DNA of 64,000 nt from Spirochaetia bacterium (lineage in GTDB: Bacteria; Spirochaetota; Spirochaetia; SZUA-6; Bin103). Both the position numbers and the translations under genes were made by a program. Below the pieces are notes generated by a model. It was not told where the DNA came from. It saw nothing but the letters and a program-made list of their open reading frames with translations, and ran no database searches. The stretch is taken from NCBI GenBank assembly GCA_965203055.1, contig OZ241863.1, positions 1,600,001-1,664,000 of the forward strand. Reading direction: 5' to 3'. Every line of letters starts with the position of its first letter. The first letter of the stretch is position 1. This document shows, piece by piece, positions 10,494 to 20,392 of this stretch.

Positions 10494-13434
10494 GTTGTGG
10501 ACGCCGTTCACGCGCCGGCTGACCGGTGCCGTTGGCAACCGGCTCGCCCAGCTTCTTGGCCACCGTGCGCTGCTCGATGACATCGACGGAGTCGCCAACC
10601 TTGATGTCGTTGAAGCCTTCGATGCGAATGCCGCACTCGAAGCCCGACTCCACTTCGCGCACGTCGTCCTTGAAGCGCCGCAGGGCGACTATTCTGCCGC
10701 GGTACACCGGGCGGCCGTCGCGAATGACCTGCGCCAGCGCTCCGCGCCGGACCGTACCCGATACCACGTAGCTCCCGGCAATGGTGCCAACCCGAGAGAT
10801 GCGGAACAGTTCGCGCACCTCGACGCTGCCTACCGTGTCCTCGACCACGTCGGGGGTCAGCAGCCCCTCCATGGCAGCGCGAACGTCATCGATCACCTCG
10901 TAGATGATGTCGTACTTTCGTATTTCTACCTTTTCCTGGTCGGCCAGCGCCTGCGCGTTGGGCGTCGGACGGATGTGAAAGCCGACGATGATCGCGTTCG
11001 ACGCGGAAGCGAGGGCAACGTCGTCCTTGTTCACGGCGCCGGCTGCGGAGTGGATCACGCTCAGCTTGATTTCGGAGGTGCTGAGCCGTTCCAGAGCGCT
11101 CCGCAGCGCTTCCACCGAGCCGTAGACGTCGCCCTTGATGATCAGCTTCAGTTCCTTGGTCTCACCTTCGCTGATCTGCTGGTAGAGGTTGTCCAGGGTA
11201 ACCTTGGTAACGTTCTGCGCCTCTTCCACCTTCTTCAGTTCCTGGCGCTTGGCCCCTACCTGGCGGGCGGTCTTCTCGTTCTCGGTGGCTTGAAACGGAT
11301 CACCGGCCTCAGGCAACCCGGCGAGGCCCACGATCTGGATCGGCTGCGCCGGGGTCGCTTCGGTTACCCGCACGCCGCGGTCGGTGAACATGGCCCGCAC
11401 CTTGCCGGAGAACACGCCTCCAACGAACGAGTCGCCGGTACGCAGGGTGCCCTTCTGAATCATCACCGTCGCCACGATGCCGCGCCCGAGGTCGACCGCG
11501 GATTCCACCACCCGGCCCACCGCGCGCGCCTGGAAGTTCGCTTTGAGCTCCAGCAATTCAGCTTGCAGCAAGATGTTGTCCAGGAGGCCGTCGATCCCGG
11601 AGCCGGTCAGTGCGGAGAGCTCGTTGAACAACGTGGACCCGCCCCACTCTTCCGAGATCAGGTCATGGGCCGACAGTTGCCGCCGGACGCGTTCGGGATT
11701 GGCCTCAGGCAGGTCGATCTTGTTTATCGCCACGATGATCGGGACGTCGGCCGCCTTCGCGTGGTTGATCGCTTCGACGGTCTGCGGCATCAGGCCGTCG
11801 TCCGCGGCCACCACCAACACCACGATGTCGGTGAGCTGCGCCCCGCGGGCGCGCATTTCGGTAAACGCCGCGTGGCCGGGAGTGTCGAGAAAGGCGATGC
11901 GGCCGCGCGGGGTATCGACCGAATAGGCGCCGATGTGCTGGGTGATTCCCCCCGCTTCCCCGTCCGCCACGTTGGCCTCGCGAATCGCATCGAGCAGCTT
12001 GGTCTTCCCGTGGTCGACGTGGCCCATGATGGTGACGATCGGGGGCCGCGGCTGCATCTTGTCGAGGGTATCCTCGTCCTCTTCGATCACCGTCTCATCG
12101 AACAGCGAGACTACGTTGACCTTGGAGCCATACTCATCGGCGAGCAGGGTCGCGGTATCGGCGTCGATCTGTTGATTTATGGTCACCATGGTGCCCATCG
12201 ACATCAGCTTGGCGATCAGGTCGGAGGCCTTGAGGTTCAGCTTGCGGGCGAGTTCCGAAACCGTGATCACCTCCAGGATGTCGATCTCCTTCGGCACCGG
12301 ATTGGCGACCGGGACCGGCTTCTTCCGGGCGAGGGAGAGCTTCTCCTCGTGTTCCTCAGGTCCGACGTGGTAGCCGACTCCGGGACGGCGTTTGCGGATG
12401 AATCTCTTGCCGCCGGTCCTGCCGTCGGTAACGGGCGGCGCCGGCGCCCCGCCGCCGCGCGGCAGGCCAATCCTGGAGCCGCCGCGGCCGGCGGGAGGAC
12501 GACTGCGCGGCGGCGCGCCGCGCCCGCCGCCCGCCAGCGGGCGGCCGCCCGGGCTGCGGTCGGCCGGTCCCCGGATACCGCCGCCGCGTCCCGGCGGCAT
12601 CCGCCCGCGCACGGCAGTGGTGCGCGCCGGCGGCCGGCGCCGGGCATTGCGGTCGCTACGGTCGCGAATCTCGAGCGGCGGCTGATCGCTGTCCCGGGCA
12701 CGGGAAATCGGGCGCAGCGGCGCTTCCGCCGCCCGAATACGATCGGCGGACGAGGTAAGTCGACGACCGGCGCCAAACTTCGCTGCACCGGCCTCGCGCG
12801 CGGGTCCGGCGGCGGTTGGCCGCCCCCCGGCTCGACCCGGCGGCGGCCCGGGGACCCCGCGCGCCGCCGGCGCTCGTCGGGGCGGGCGGTCAGGACGGCG
12901 CGGCGGCTCCGGGGCGGCGCCGTCCGGTCTCCGGCGCGGCGGCGGACCGGCGCCGCGCCTGCCGCCGGAGGGACGCTGTTGCGGCGCAGCGTTTGCCGGC
13001 GCGGTGTTGGCTGCCGGGCGTGCGGGTCGCGGCGGCGCGGCGGTTTCCTGATGAGGAGCGCCACTCGCCGGGCGCGGCTGCCGGGCGGCCGCCGGAGCAG
13101 GCCCGGGCGCCGACTGCGGCTCACGCGCGGTGCGGGCGGCAGCCGCCGCCTCGGGTGAGGACTCGCGCTGCGGCGCCGGCGGCGCCGCAGCGCCGGCGTC
13201 CTGCTTGGGAGCCGCCGGTGGTTTGCGCTTTACCACCACCCGGCGCGGCTTCTTGACGACCACGATGCGGCGGCGTTCGCTGTCGGCCCGCCCGCCGTCG
13301 GCGCCGGCAGGTTCCGGCGGCGGCGCGGCCGCCTTGGGCGGCTCGGGCTTGCGCTTTATGAGAGTGGCCTTGGGCCGTTGTCGTTCTTCGGAGTCCTGCC
13401 GCTCGGAGGTGGCCGTGGGCTTGTCGTCGCTCAT
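10465..13434 (-). CDS. infB: Translation initiation factor IF-2
   Basis: [42 protein letters not shown]. Long Pro/Arg/Gly-rich N-terminus. Confidence 0.98.
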   Translation of the reverse strand: MSDDKPTATSERQDSEERQRPKATLIKRKPEPPKAAAPPPEPAGADGGRADSERRRIVVVKKPRRVVVKRKPPAAPKQDAGAAAPPAPQRESSPEAAAAARTAREPQSAPGPAPAAARQPRPASGAPHQETAAPPRPARPAANTAPANAAPQQRPSGGRRGAGPPPRRRPDGAAPEPPRRPDRPPRRAPAARGVPGPPPGRAGGRPTAAGPAREAGAAKFGAGRRLTSSADRIRAAEAPLRPISRARDSDQPPLEIRDRSDRNARRRPPARTTAVRGRMPPGRGGGIRGPADRSPGGRPLAGGGRGAPPRSRPPAGRGGSRIGLPRGGGAPAPPVTDGRTGGKRFIRKRRPGVGYHVGPEEHEEKLSLARKKPVPVANPVPKEIDILEVITVSELARKLNLKASDLIAKLMSMGTMVTINQQIDADTATLLADEYGSKVNVVSLFDETVIEEDEDTLDKMQPRPPIVTIMGHVDHGKTKLLDAIREANVADGEAGGITQHIGAYSVDTPRGRIAFLDTPGHAAFTEMRARGAQLTDIVVLVVAADDGLMPQTVEAINHAKAADVPIIVAINKIDLPEANPERVRRQLSAHDLISEEWGGSTLFNELSALTGSGIDGLLDNILLQAELLELKANFQARAVGRVVESAVDLGRGIVATVMIQKGTLRTGDSFVGGVFSGKVRAMFTDRGVRVTEATPAQPIQIVGLAGLPEAGDPFQATENEKTARQVGAKRQELKKVEEAQNVTKVTLDNLYQQISEGETKELKLIIKGDVYGSVEALRSALERLSTSEIKLSVIHSAAGAVNKDDVALASASNAIIVGFHIRPTPNAQALADQEKVEIRKYDIIYEVIDDVRAAMEGLLTPDVVEDTVGSVEVRELFRISRVGTIAGSYVVSGTVRRGALAQVIRDGRPVYRGRIVALRRFKDDVREVESGFECGIRIEGFNDIKVGDSVDVIEQRTVAKKLGEPVANGTGQPARERRPQHVGAAAQKG

Positions 13435-13506
13435 TCTTCAGTCTTGCAAGTTACCGTGCCGGCGGGCTGCCGTATAGAGCGCACCGCGGACACACAACCA
13501 GGGCGA

Positions 13507-13536
13507 AGTATCCGGGAGACGCAAGGGCCTTGTCAA
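13507..13536 (-). promoter_or_regulatory. Putative internal sigma70 promoter upstream of infB
   Basis: TTGACA (13536-13531) - 18 nt - GATACT (13512-13507) in the nusA-infB gap. Confidence 0.5.
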
Positions 13537-13568
13537 TCGGCCCGGTGCGTGCGTGCGCGAACATCGGC

Positions 13569-15266
13569 CTACTGTCCCGCCTCCTGCGGAGTATCCGGGT
13601 CATCTTCGTCTTCCTCCACCACCTCGACGTTCTCCTCGATGACCCGCAACAGGGTCGTTACGTCGCCGGCGGAAAGCCCCTCCACCGCGCCGAGCTGCTC
13701 TTCGCTCATCGACACCAGTTCGACCACGTCGTCCAGCCCGGCGGCCGTCAGCGCGGCCGCTATCCCTTCCGGCAGCCCCGGCAGCTCGCTCGCGCGCACC
13801 ACCGCTTCCGGCTCCTCGGCCGCTTCCTCCTGAGGGGCGTCTCCCTCCTGAGGAGCCTCCTCGGCGGCGGCGTGCGCCGCCGTCTCCTCGACCGCGGGCG
13901 CCGCCTCCGGCGCCGGTTCGGCGGCCGCCGGTTCGGCGTCGGCGGCCGGCGGTTCCTCCTCGACGATCTCCACGTTCTCTTCGATCAGCTTGCGCAGTTC
14001 GCCGATGTCCTTCTCCGACAGCTCGGGCACGGCCCGGAGCTGCGCCTCATCCATCGCTACCAGGGTCTCCAGCAGCTCCACGCCGGAGGCCTTGAGCGCC
14101 GCCGCCACGCGCGGCACGATGCCCGGCAGCTCCGCAACGTCGGTTATCTCCTCCTGCACGTCGCCAAACAACGCGGCCGCGGCGCGCTGCGGATCGGCCC
14201 CGATGTTCATCTCGTTCACCTGGGCGCGGGTACGCACGTCGATGCTCCAGTCGGTGAGGCGGTTGGCCAGCCTCACGTTCAGCCCCTGCTTGCCGATCGC
14301 CAGCGAAAACTGACTCTCCGGCACCACCGCCAGGGCCTGGCGCTTGGCTTCGTCCAGCACGATGACCTGTTCCACCTCGGCCGGCTTCAAGGCTTCGGTA
14401 ATGAACGACCGCACGTCCGGGTCATAGCGCAGTACGTCGATCTTCTCCCCTTCCAGCTCACGCACCACCGTCTGAATGCGCACCCCGCGCATGCCGACGC
14501 ACGCGCCCACCGGATCCACGTCGTCGCGCGTCGAGTAGACCGACATCTTGGTGCGGTAGCCGGGTTCCCGTACCATCTTGTGGATCTCGATGGTGCGGTC
14601 ATAGATCTCCGGCACCTCGAGCTCGAATATCTTCTTGACGAATTCGGTGTGGGTCCGGGTAAGGACGATCTGCAGCCCGAGCGCCGCCTTCTCCACTTCG
14701 TAGATCATGGCGCGCACCCGGTCGTTGGGACGGTAGATCTCGCGCGGCGACTGGTAGCGGCGCGGCAGGATGCCCTCGGTGCGCCCGACGTCGACGAAGA
14801 TCGTGCCGTTCCGCTCCCGCTGGTAGTAGCCGACGATCAGCTCGCCCTCGCGGTCCTTGAACTCGGAGTAGAGCGTGTCCTTCTGAATCTCGCGCAGCGA
14901 CTGGCGCGTCTTCTGCTTGGCGCTCTGGATCGACACCCGGTCGAAGTCGCGCGGGTTGATCCGGATCAGCAACTCATCGCCGACTTCCGCCTCGTCGTCG
15001 GTGTCCGTGCTGTACGCCTGCGCGTCGCTGAGGGAAATCTCCAGCGCCGGGTCTTCGATCTCCCGGTCCGGCACGATCTTCTTCTGGGCGAAGATCGACA
15101 CCGAAGTGGCATCTTCGGCGAAGCGCACGACGGCATTGTCGATGGTTCCGTATTTCCGCTTGTAGGCGGCGAGCAGCGCATCCTCGATCGTGTGCATCAC
15201 CAACTCTTCCGAGATGCCGCGTTCCTGGATTATCTGGCGGATTGCAAGCGCCATTTCGCTCGACAT
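13569..15266 (-). CDS. nusA: Transcription termination/antitermination factor NusA
   Basis: N-domain, S1, REPGYRTK, DPVGACVGMRG, SLAIGKQGLNVRLANRLT. Two acidic C-terminal HhH-like modules. Confidence 0.97.
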   Translation of the reverse strand: MSSEMALAIRQIIQERGISEELVMHTIEDALLAAYKRKYGTIDNAVVRFAEDATSVSIFAQKKIVPDREIEDPALEISLSDAQAYSTDTDDEAEVGDELLIRINPRDFDRVSIQSAKQKTRQSLREIQKDTLYSEFKDREGELIVGYYQRERNGTIFVDVGRTEGILPRRYQSPREIYRPNDRVRAMIYEVEKAALGLQIVLTRTHTEFVKKIFELEVPEIYDRTIEIHKMVREPGYRTKMSVYSTRDDVDPVGACVGMRGVRIQTVVRELEGEKIDVLRYDPDVRSFITEALKPAEVEQVIVLDEAKRQALAVVPESQFSLAIGKQGLNVRLANRLTDWSIDVRTRAQVNEMNIGADPQRAAAALFGDVQEEITDVAELPGIVPRVAAALKASGVELLETLVAMDEAQLRAVPELSEKDIGELRKLIEENVEIVEEEPPAADAEPAAAEPAPEAAPAVEETAAHAAAEEAPQEGDAPQEEAAEEPEAVVRASELPGLPEGIAAALTAAGLDDVVELVSMSEEQLGAVEGLSAGDVTTLLRVIEENVEVVEEDEDDPDTPQEAGQ

Positions 15267-15269
15267 GTA

Positions 15270-15752
15270 CTACGCTCCCTCTCTCTCGGCGCCGGTGAGC
15301 TGCGCGCGCCGTAGTTCCGCAATGGGCATGGTCGTGGTGTTGCCGGCGATGCGCAGCGTGACGCTGTCGCCGGCCGCGCGTTCAATGACGGCGTGCTCCC
15401 AGTCGGTCGCGGCGCCGCGCAGCACGCGCACCGCCTTGCCGGCAAAGATGGCATACTCGTGGGGCCGGCGCAAAACGCGTCGAATCCCGGGCGAACTTAC
15501 CTCCAGCGAGAGATCGCTCAGCGCGCTGCCGCCGGGGTCCGCGAGGAACGGCAGATGGAATTGTATCGCGCGCGTGAGCCGTTCCAGGGCGGAGGCGTCC
15601 ATTCCAGACTCGCGGTACACGATTACCCGCAGGAGCCGGGCTCGCCGGCTGCGTTGGAGCTGCAGCTCGACGCACTGAAACCCCTCGGCCTGAATGACCG
15701 GTTCCAGCGCCGTTCCAAGATACCGCTCAGTAGTGTCCCGCGCTGTCTGCAT
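15270..15752 (-). CDS. rimP: Ribosome maturation factor RimP
   Basis: LEVSSPGIRRVL motif; first gene of the rimP-nusA-infB operon. Confidence 0.9.
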   Translation of the reverse strand: MQTARDTTERYLGTALEPVIQAEGFQCVELQLQRSRRARLLRVIVYRESGMDASALERLTRAIQFHLPFLADPGGSALSDLSLEVSSPGIRRVLRRPHEYAIFAGKAVRVLRGAATDWEHAVIERAAGDSVTLRIAGNTTTMPIAELRRAQLTGAEREGA

Positions 15753-15798
15753 AGGAGAGTGCCAACCGTTGGCTAAGAACGACCGCTAGCTGAGAACC

Positions 15799-15827
15799 AA
15801 AAAAAGAGCCGGCGAAGCGACTCTTTT
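15799..15827 (-). terminator. Intrinsic terminator/attenuator in rimP leader
   Basis: Minus strand AAAAGAGUCG-CUUCGC-CGGCUC-UUUUUUU: GC stem plus U7, lying between the promoter and the rimP start. Confidence 0.75.
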
Positions 15828-15865
15828 CCACCTGCGTTCAACTTGCCGCACCAAAGTTCGCCACT

Positions 15866-15895
15866 AACGTAGCCACGGGGCGCCCCCCTTGTCAA
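15866..15895 (-). promoter_or_regulatory. Putative sigma70 promoter of rimP-nusA-infB operon
   Basis: TTGACA (15895-15890) - 18 nt - TACGTT (15871-15866). Confidence 0.6.
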
Positions 15896-15920
15896 CCGGG
15901 CGCCGGGCGGGCGGAGCCTT

Positions 15921-16637
15921 TCAGTTCCGCACCAGCGTCAACACTCGCACGTTCGGCGTTCCGGCCGCGGTCAGCAGAGCGGCGCATTCGTTGGCGGTGG
16001 CGCCGGTGGTATAGACGTCATCGATCAGCACTACCGGCTGCGGCGAGGGCCGCAGCAGCCGGATGCGGCCCCGCAGGTTGCCGGACCGGGAAGCGAAGTC
16101 CAGTCCCTTCTGCTGGCGCCCGCGGCGGCGGCGCAGGAGCCGTCGAACCGGCAGCCGATGAGCGCGCTGCAGGCGGCGGGCGAGCAGGTCCGCGGTGTCG
16201 TACCCGTAGCGGAGAACACGCTGCCGGCGCGCGGGCACCGGCACGACGACGGCGGTGCCGTATCGCGCGGCGATGCGCCGCGCCAGCAGCGCCGCGAACA
16301 GCGCCGCCAATCCGGTGCAGCCTGAGAACTTGAACTCCTGCAGGAGCTCCTGCGGCAGCCCGCGGTAGTCGAACAGCGCCTCATGCGAGAGGAACGCCAA
16401 GTCCCGGTCGCGGCACCGCAGGCAGGGGGTCTCCTGCTCCGGCAGCACGGCCGCTCCGCAGCGGCCGCAATAGCCGGTCTCCTGCCGCCGCGCCGCGTAC
16501 ACGGCGCGGCGGCAGACGCGGCACAACGGGAGGTGCCCGCGGCCCGGCGCCAGCTCGCCGCCGCAGCCGGCGCAGGGCTGCGGGAACAGGAGGTCGAGCG
16601 CCGCCGCGGCTGCCCGGCGCGGCAGGCTGACGCTCAC
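15921..16637 (-). CDS. comF: ComF family protein (double zinc ribbon + phosphoribosyltransferase)
   Basis: LDLLFPQPCAGC, CRVC, CGRC, CLRC, VVLIDDVYTTGAT. GTG 16637 overlaps the mutS stop (GTGA). Confidence 0.88.
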   Translation of the reverse strand: MSVSLPRRAAAAALDLLFPQPCAGCGGELAPGRGHLPLCRVCRRAVYAARRQETGYCGRCGAAVLPEQETPCLRCRDRDLAFLSHEALFDYRGLPQELLQEFKFSGCTGLAALFAALLARRIAARYGTAVVVPVPARRQRVLRYGYDTADLLARRLQRAHRLPVRRLLRRRRGRQQKGLDFASRSGNLRGRIRLLRPSPQPVVLIDDVYTTGATANECAALLTAAGTPNVRVLTLVRN

Positions 16638-19351
16638 GGCTCGCTCCCGCGCAGGTCGCCCTGCCAGCGGGCCACCAGCTCCAGCGCCTGCAGCGGCGTG
16701 GTGGCCTCCACGTCCACCGCGGCCACCGCCCGGCCCACCATCTCGTAGGCGGAAAACAGATCTCGCTGGCGATAGCGCTCCTCCGGGGCCGCGGCCGCGG
16801 CCCCCGGATGGCCGGCGCCCGGTGCGGGGGCGGCCGCGCCCGGCGGCGCGGGGCTCGGGCGCGCGTGCGCGTGCGGCTCCCACTGCCGCAGCAGTTCCCG
16901 CGCGCGCCCTACCACCGCCTGCGGCACCCCGGCAAGGGCAGCCACGTGGACGCCGTACGAGCGGTCCGCCGCGCCCGCGGCCACGCGCTTCAGAAACACC
17001 ACCTCCTGGTCTTCTTCGACTACCTGCATGGCGAAGTTGGCGGCGCGCGGATGGCTGAGTTGAGCCAGTTCCCGCAGGTGGGTGGCGAACAGGGTCTGCG
17101 CGCGTACCGCCTGCAGCAGGTATTCGCACACTGCCCAGGCGATGGCCCGCCCGTCTTCGGTACTGGTACCGCGGCCAATCTCGTCGAGAATCACCAGACT
17201 ATGCGCGGTGGCGGCGCGCAGAATGCGCGCCGTTTCGTTCATCTCCACCAGGAAGGTCGACTCGCCGCGCGCCAGGTTGTCGCTGGCGCCGACGCGGCAG
17301 AAGATTCCGTCCACTACCCCGACGCGGGCGGCCGCGGCCGGCACGAACGACCCGAGCTGCGCCATCAGCACGATCAGCGCAGTCTGCCGCAGATAGGTGG
17401 ACTTACCGGCCATGTTGGGACCGGTAAGCACCACGAAGCGGGTGCCGTCCGGCTCCAGCGACAGATCATTGGGGACGAATTCACCGGCCGGCAGCATCGC
17501 CTCCACCACCGGGTGGCGTCCTTCGCGAATCACGATGCCGGTGCCCGGCGCTCCCAGTTCCGGCCGGGTATAGCCGCCAACGGTAGCCGCCAGCGCCAGG
17601 CTCTGCGCCAGATCGACGCCGGCCAACACTCGGCCGAGGGCCAGGACCTCCGCGACCTGGCCGGACACCTGCTTGCGCACCATCAGAAACGCCTCCCGTT
17701 CCAGCTCGCGCAGCCGCTCGCCGGCAACCGCGATCTCATGGTCAAGCTGGCGCAGCCGCTCGGTGGTGAAGCGCTCGCCGCCGACCAGCGACTGGCGGCG
17801 CACGAAGTGATCCGGCACCCGCGCCGCCTGCGCGGGCCGGACCTCCAGGTACCACCCCAGCACGCGGTTGCTGCGCAGCTTGAGGCTCGGAATACCCGAG
17901 GCCGCCCGTTCTTCTTCCAGGTAGGAATGCAGCAGCGTCTCCGCGTTCTCCGCCGCGGCGCGCAGTCGATCCAGTTCCGCGTCATAACCGGGGCGCATGA
18001 TGCCGCCCTCGGCAATGGATAACGGCGGCTGATCCACCAGCGCTTCTTCGATGAGCGCCGCCGCCGGCTCGGCCGCCGCGGCGGCGCAGCCCAGCGGGCC
18101 GGCGAGTCCGCCGTCCGCCTCGGGTGAGTGAGCGCTCGCCCCGTGCAGTACGCCGGCGACCCGCTGCGCCGCCCGCACGCCGGCGGCGATGGCGCGCAGA
18201 TCACGCGGATGGGCGCGGGCCAGCGCGACCCGGCCGGCCAGCCGTTCGAGATCGGAGACTCGACGCAACTCCTCGCGCACCTCCGCAAGGGTGTGCTGCC
18301 GGCGAAACAGCGCCTCCACGGCGTTCAATCGGGCGGTGATGGCGGTTCCGTCGCGCAACGGCTCCAGTACGGTACGGCGCAGCAGGCGGGCGCCCATCGC
18401 GGTGCGGGTGTGGTCCAGCACCGCCAGCAGGGTGCGCTGGCGGGAACCATCCTCCAGGTTGCGCACCAACTCCAGACTGCGCTGAGCGGTCTCATCCAGC
18501 GCCACGCGCGAGTCGCGGCCGGAGACGGCGATGCCGTCCAGGTGGCGGAGCGCCTGCCGCGCCGTCTGCTGCGCGTAGTTCACCAGCAAGCCGGCGGCGC
18601 CCAGTTCGGCGGCGCCGCGGGTCAGACCGAAGGCCTTGAGATTCGCCACCCGGAACAGGCCGCACAGGGTCTCGTAGCCGGCCGCGGCGTCGAACTGCCA
18701 ATCGGGGTAGCGCTGGATTACGGTGGTCTGCGGCAGATGTTGACGGACCGCGCGGGCGACCTCCGGCTGCTCCTCGAGCAGCGACTCCTGGGCCAGCAAC
18801 TCGCGCGGAGCGAGGCGCGCCAACTCGTCGGCCAGGTGCGCCGGCGCGTCCGCCAGCGGGAACGCCGCAGCGCGGAAGTCGCCGGTGGACAGGTCGAGGG
18901 CGGCCACCGCCACCCGCGCGGACCGGTCGCCGGAGTCGGGCGGCCCGCCGGGAGCCGCGGCCGGACACCCGAGCGCCGCCAGGAAGTTGTTGCTCGCGCC
19001 ATCGAGCAACTCCTCGTCGATCACCGTGCCGGGCGTCACCACCTCCACCACATCGCGCTGCGCCAGGCCGCGCCCGTCCGGAGGCAAGGCGGTCTGCTCG
19101 CACACCGCTACCCGGCGGCCCGCCTTGAGCAGCCGCGCGATGTAGGAACGGGCGGCGTGATGGGGCACGCCGCACATGGGAACGCCGTTGCGCTGGGTCA
19201 GAGCGATCTCGAGAAGCTCGGCCGCATCCTTGGCGTCGGCGTCGAACATCTCATAGAAGTCGCCGAGACGGAAGAACAGAATCGCCTCCTGATGCTGGCG
19301 CTTCAATTCCCGGTACTGGGCCATCATGGGAGTATTCGACAGCGCGGCCAC
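16634..19351 (-). CDS. mutS: DNA mismatch repair protein MutS
   Basis: TPMMAQY, FFRLGDFYEMF, TGPNMAGKSTYLRQ, STFLVEM, DEIGRGTST. Confidence 0.98.
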   Translation of the reverse strand: MAALSNTPMMAQYRELKRQHQEAILFFRLGDFYEMFDADAKDAAELLEIALTQRNGVPMCGVPHHAARSYIARLLKAGRRVAVCEQTALPPDGRGLAQRDVVEVVTPGTVIDEELLDGASNNFLAALGCPAAAPGGPPDSGDRSARVAVAALDLSTGDFRAAAFPLADAPAHLADELARLAPRELLAQESLLEEQPEVARAVRQHLPQTTVIQRYPDWQFDAAAGYETLCGLFRVANLKAFGLTRGAAELGAAGLLVNYAQQTARQALRHLDGIAVSGRDSRVALDETAQRSLELVRNLEDGSRQRTLLAVLDHTRTAMGARLLRRTVLEPLRDGTAITARLNAVEALFRRQHTLAEVREELRRVSDLERLAGRVALARAHPRDLRAIAAGVRAAQRVAGVLHGASAHSPEADGGLAGPLGCAAAAAEPAAALIEEALVDQPPLSIAEGGIMRPGYDAELDRLRAAAENAETLLHSYLEEERAASGIPSLKLRSNRVLGWYLEVRPAQAARVPDHFVRRQSLVGGERFTTERLRQLDHEIAVAGERLRELEREAFLMVRKQVSGQVAEVLALGRVLAGVDLAQSLALAATVGGYTRPELGAPGTGIVIREGRHPVVEAMLPAGEFVPNDLSLEPDGTRFVVLTGPNMAGKSTYLRQTALIVLMAQLGSFVPAAAARVGVVDGIFCRVGASDNLARGESTFLVEMNETARILRAATAHSLVILDEIGRGTSTEDGRAIAWAVCEYLLQAVRAQTLFATHLRELAQLSHPRAANFAMQVVEEDQEVVFLKRVAAGAADRSYGVHVAALAGVPQAVVGRARELLRQWEPHAHARPSPAPPGAAAPAPGAGHPGAAAAAPEERYRQRDLFSAYEMVGRAVAAVDVEATTPLQALELVARWQGDLRGSEP

Positions 19352-19363
19352 GGCGTGCTCCGG

Positions 19364-19825
19364 TCAGGCGAACGGCGGATGCGCGGCGCGTGCTTCCGGC
19401 GGGCTGCTGCGCGCCGCGACCGCTTCGAGGTAGGAGCGCAGGATCAGCGCCGCGGCCACGCGGTCCACCATCCCCGCACGGCGGGCGCGCGCCCGGGGAA
19501 CGCTGCCGGCGAGCACGCCGCGCGCCGCGCGGCTGGTGAGGCTCTCGTCCCACAGTTCGACCGCCAGCCCGGCGGCCCGCAGCTCGGCCGCCATCCGGCG
19601 CGGCAACCGCGCCGCGGCGCCGGGCGCGCCGTCCGCCTGCAGCGGCAGGCCAACGACCACCAGCGCGACCCGCTGCGCGCGGCACAGGGCGGCGATCCGG
19701 CCTGCCAGCCGGCGCAGCCCGCGGTTCGCCAGCGTGGCGTGGGGCGCGGCGATTCGTCCGCCGGCGTCGCTGAGCGCCACCCCTACCCTGCGCTCCCCAA
19801 CGTCGAGAGCCATAACGCGCGCCAT
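19364..19825 (-). CDS. ruvX: YqgF/RuvX family nuclease (pre-16S rRNA maturation / putative resolvase)
   Basis: MALDVGERRVGVALSD, VVGLP, WDESLTS, VDRVAAALILRSYL. Confidence 0.92.
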   Translation of the reverse strand: MARVMALDVGERRVGVALSDAGGRIAAPHATLANRGLRRLAGRIAALCRAQRVALVVVGLPLQADGAPGAAARLPRRMAAELRAAGLAVELWDESLTSRAARGVLAGSVPRARARRAGMVDRVAAALILRSYLEAVAARSSPPEARAAHPPFA

Positions 19826-19837
19826 GGCAGTCCCTAG

Positions 19838-20380
19838 CTAGCGGCCACTTGCCCGCCGGCCGAGCTCGGCGATCACCAAGTCGGTTACGTCGATCTCCAG
19901 GGCGAAGAACAGCAACGACGGGTTGTTCTTGTTCAACACCAGCGACAGGCCCTCGCTCTCGGCGACGAATTCGATGGCCGCGGCCAGCTCCCCCAGGAAT
20001 GCATCCGACTCGGCCAGGCGGGCTTCCTGTTGCGCAAGCTGGCGGTTCTTGACGGCTACGAAGTCGCGCAGATGCTGTTTGCGCCGGTACAGCTCCTGCT
20101 CCAACTGCAGCGCGCGCTGCATCCGGCCATCCCGCTCGGCCTGCACCTTGCTCGCTTCGAGCTCGAAGATCTGCGCTTCCAGCCGCGCCCGCTCGGCGTC
20201 CATGCGATCGCGCTCGGCCTGCAACTCGCGCACCGCGGCCGACTCGCGGAAGTAGGCGGTGGTCACGGCGCGCAGATCCACCAGTCCGACGTTGGTGATC
20301 CGTTCCGCGGTCACCACGCCGCCGCCAAGGATCAGGAACAGACACCACAGTACCAGCGTCCGCTTCGACGCGCTTCTCAT
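19838..20380 (-). CDS. skp: OmpH/Skp periplasmic chaperone
   Basis: Signal peptide, ITNVGLVDL, coiled coil, AESEGLSLVL..IDVTDLVI. Directly after bamA. Confidence 0.85.
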   Translation of the reverse strand: MRSASKRTLVLWCLFLILGGGVVTAERITNVGLVDLRAVTTAYFRESAAVRELQAERDRMDAERARLEAQIFELEASKVQAERDGRMQRALQLEQELYRRKQHLRDFVAVKNRQLAQQEARLAESDAFLGELAAAIEFVAESEGLSLVLNKNNPSLLFFALEIDVTDLVIAELGRRASGR

Positions 20381-20392
20381 TCCGTTGCCAGA

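Noticed and set aside
10492..13158. Long antisense ORFs (e.g. 888 aa opposite infB, 816 aa at 56686-59136, 594 aa opposite nusA)
   Set aside because: Shadow frames of real genes in high-GC DNA. They have no recognisable motifs and show the typical antisense amino-acid pattern.
13569..14160. Duplicated acidic C-terminal modules of NusA as a novelty
   Set aside because: Comparable to the known AR1/AR2 helix-hairpin-helix repeats of NusA.
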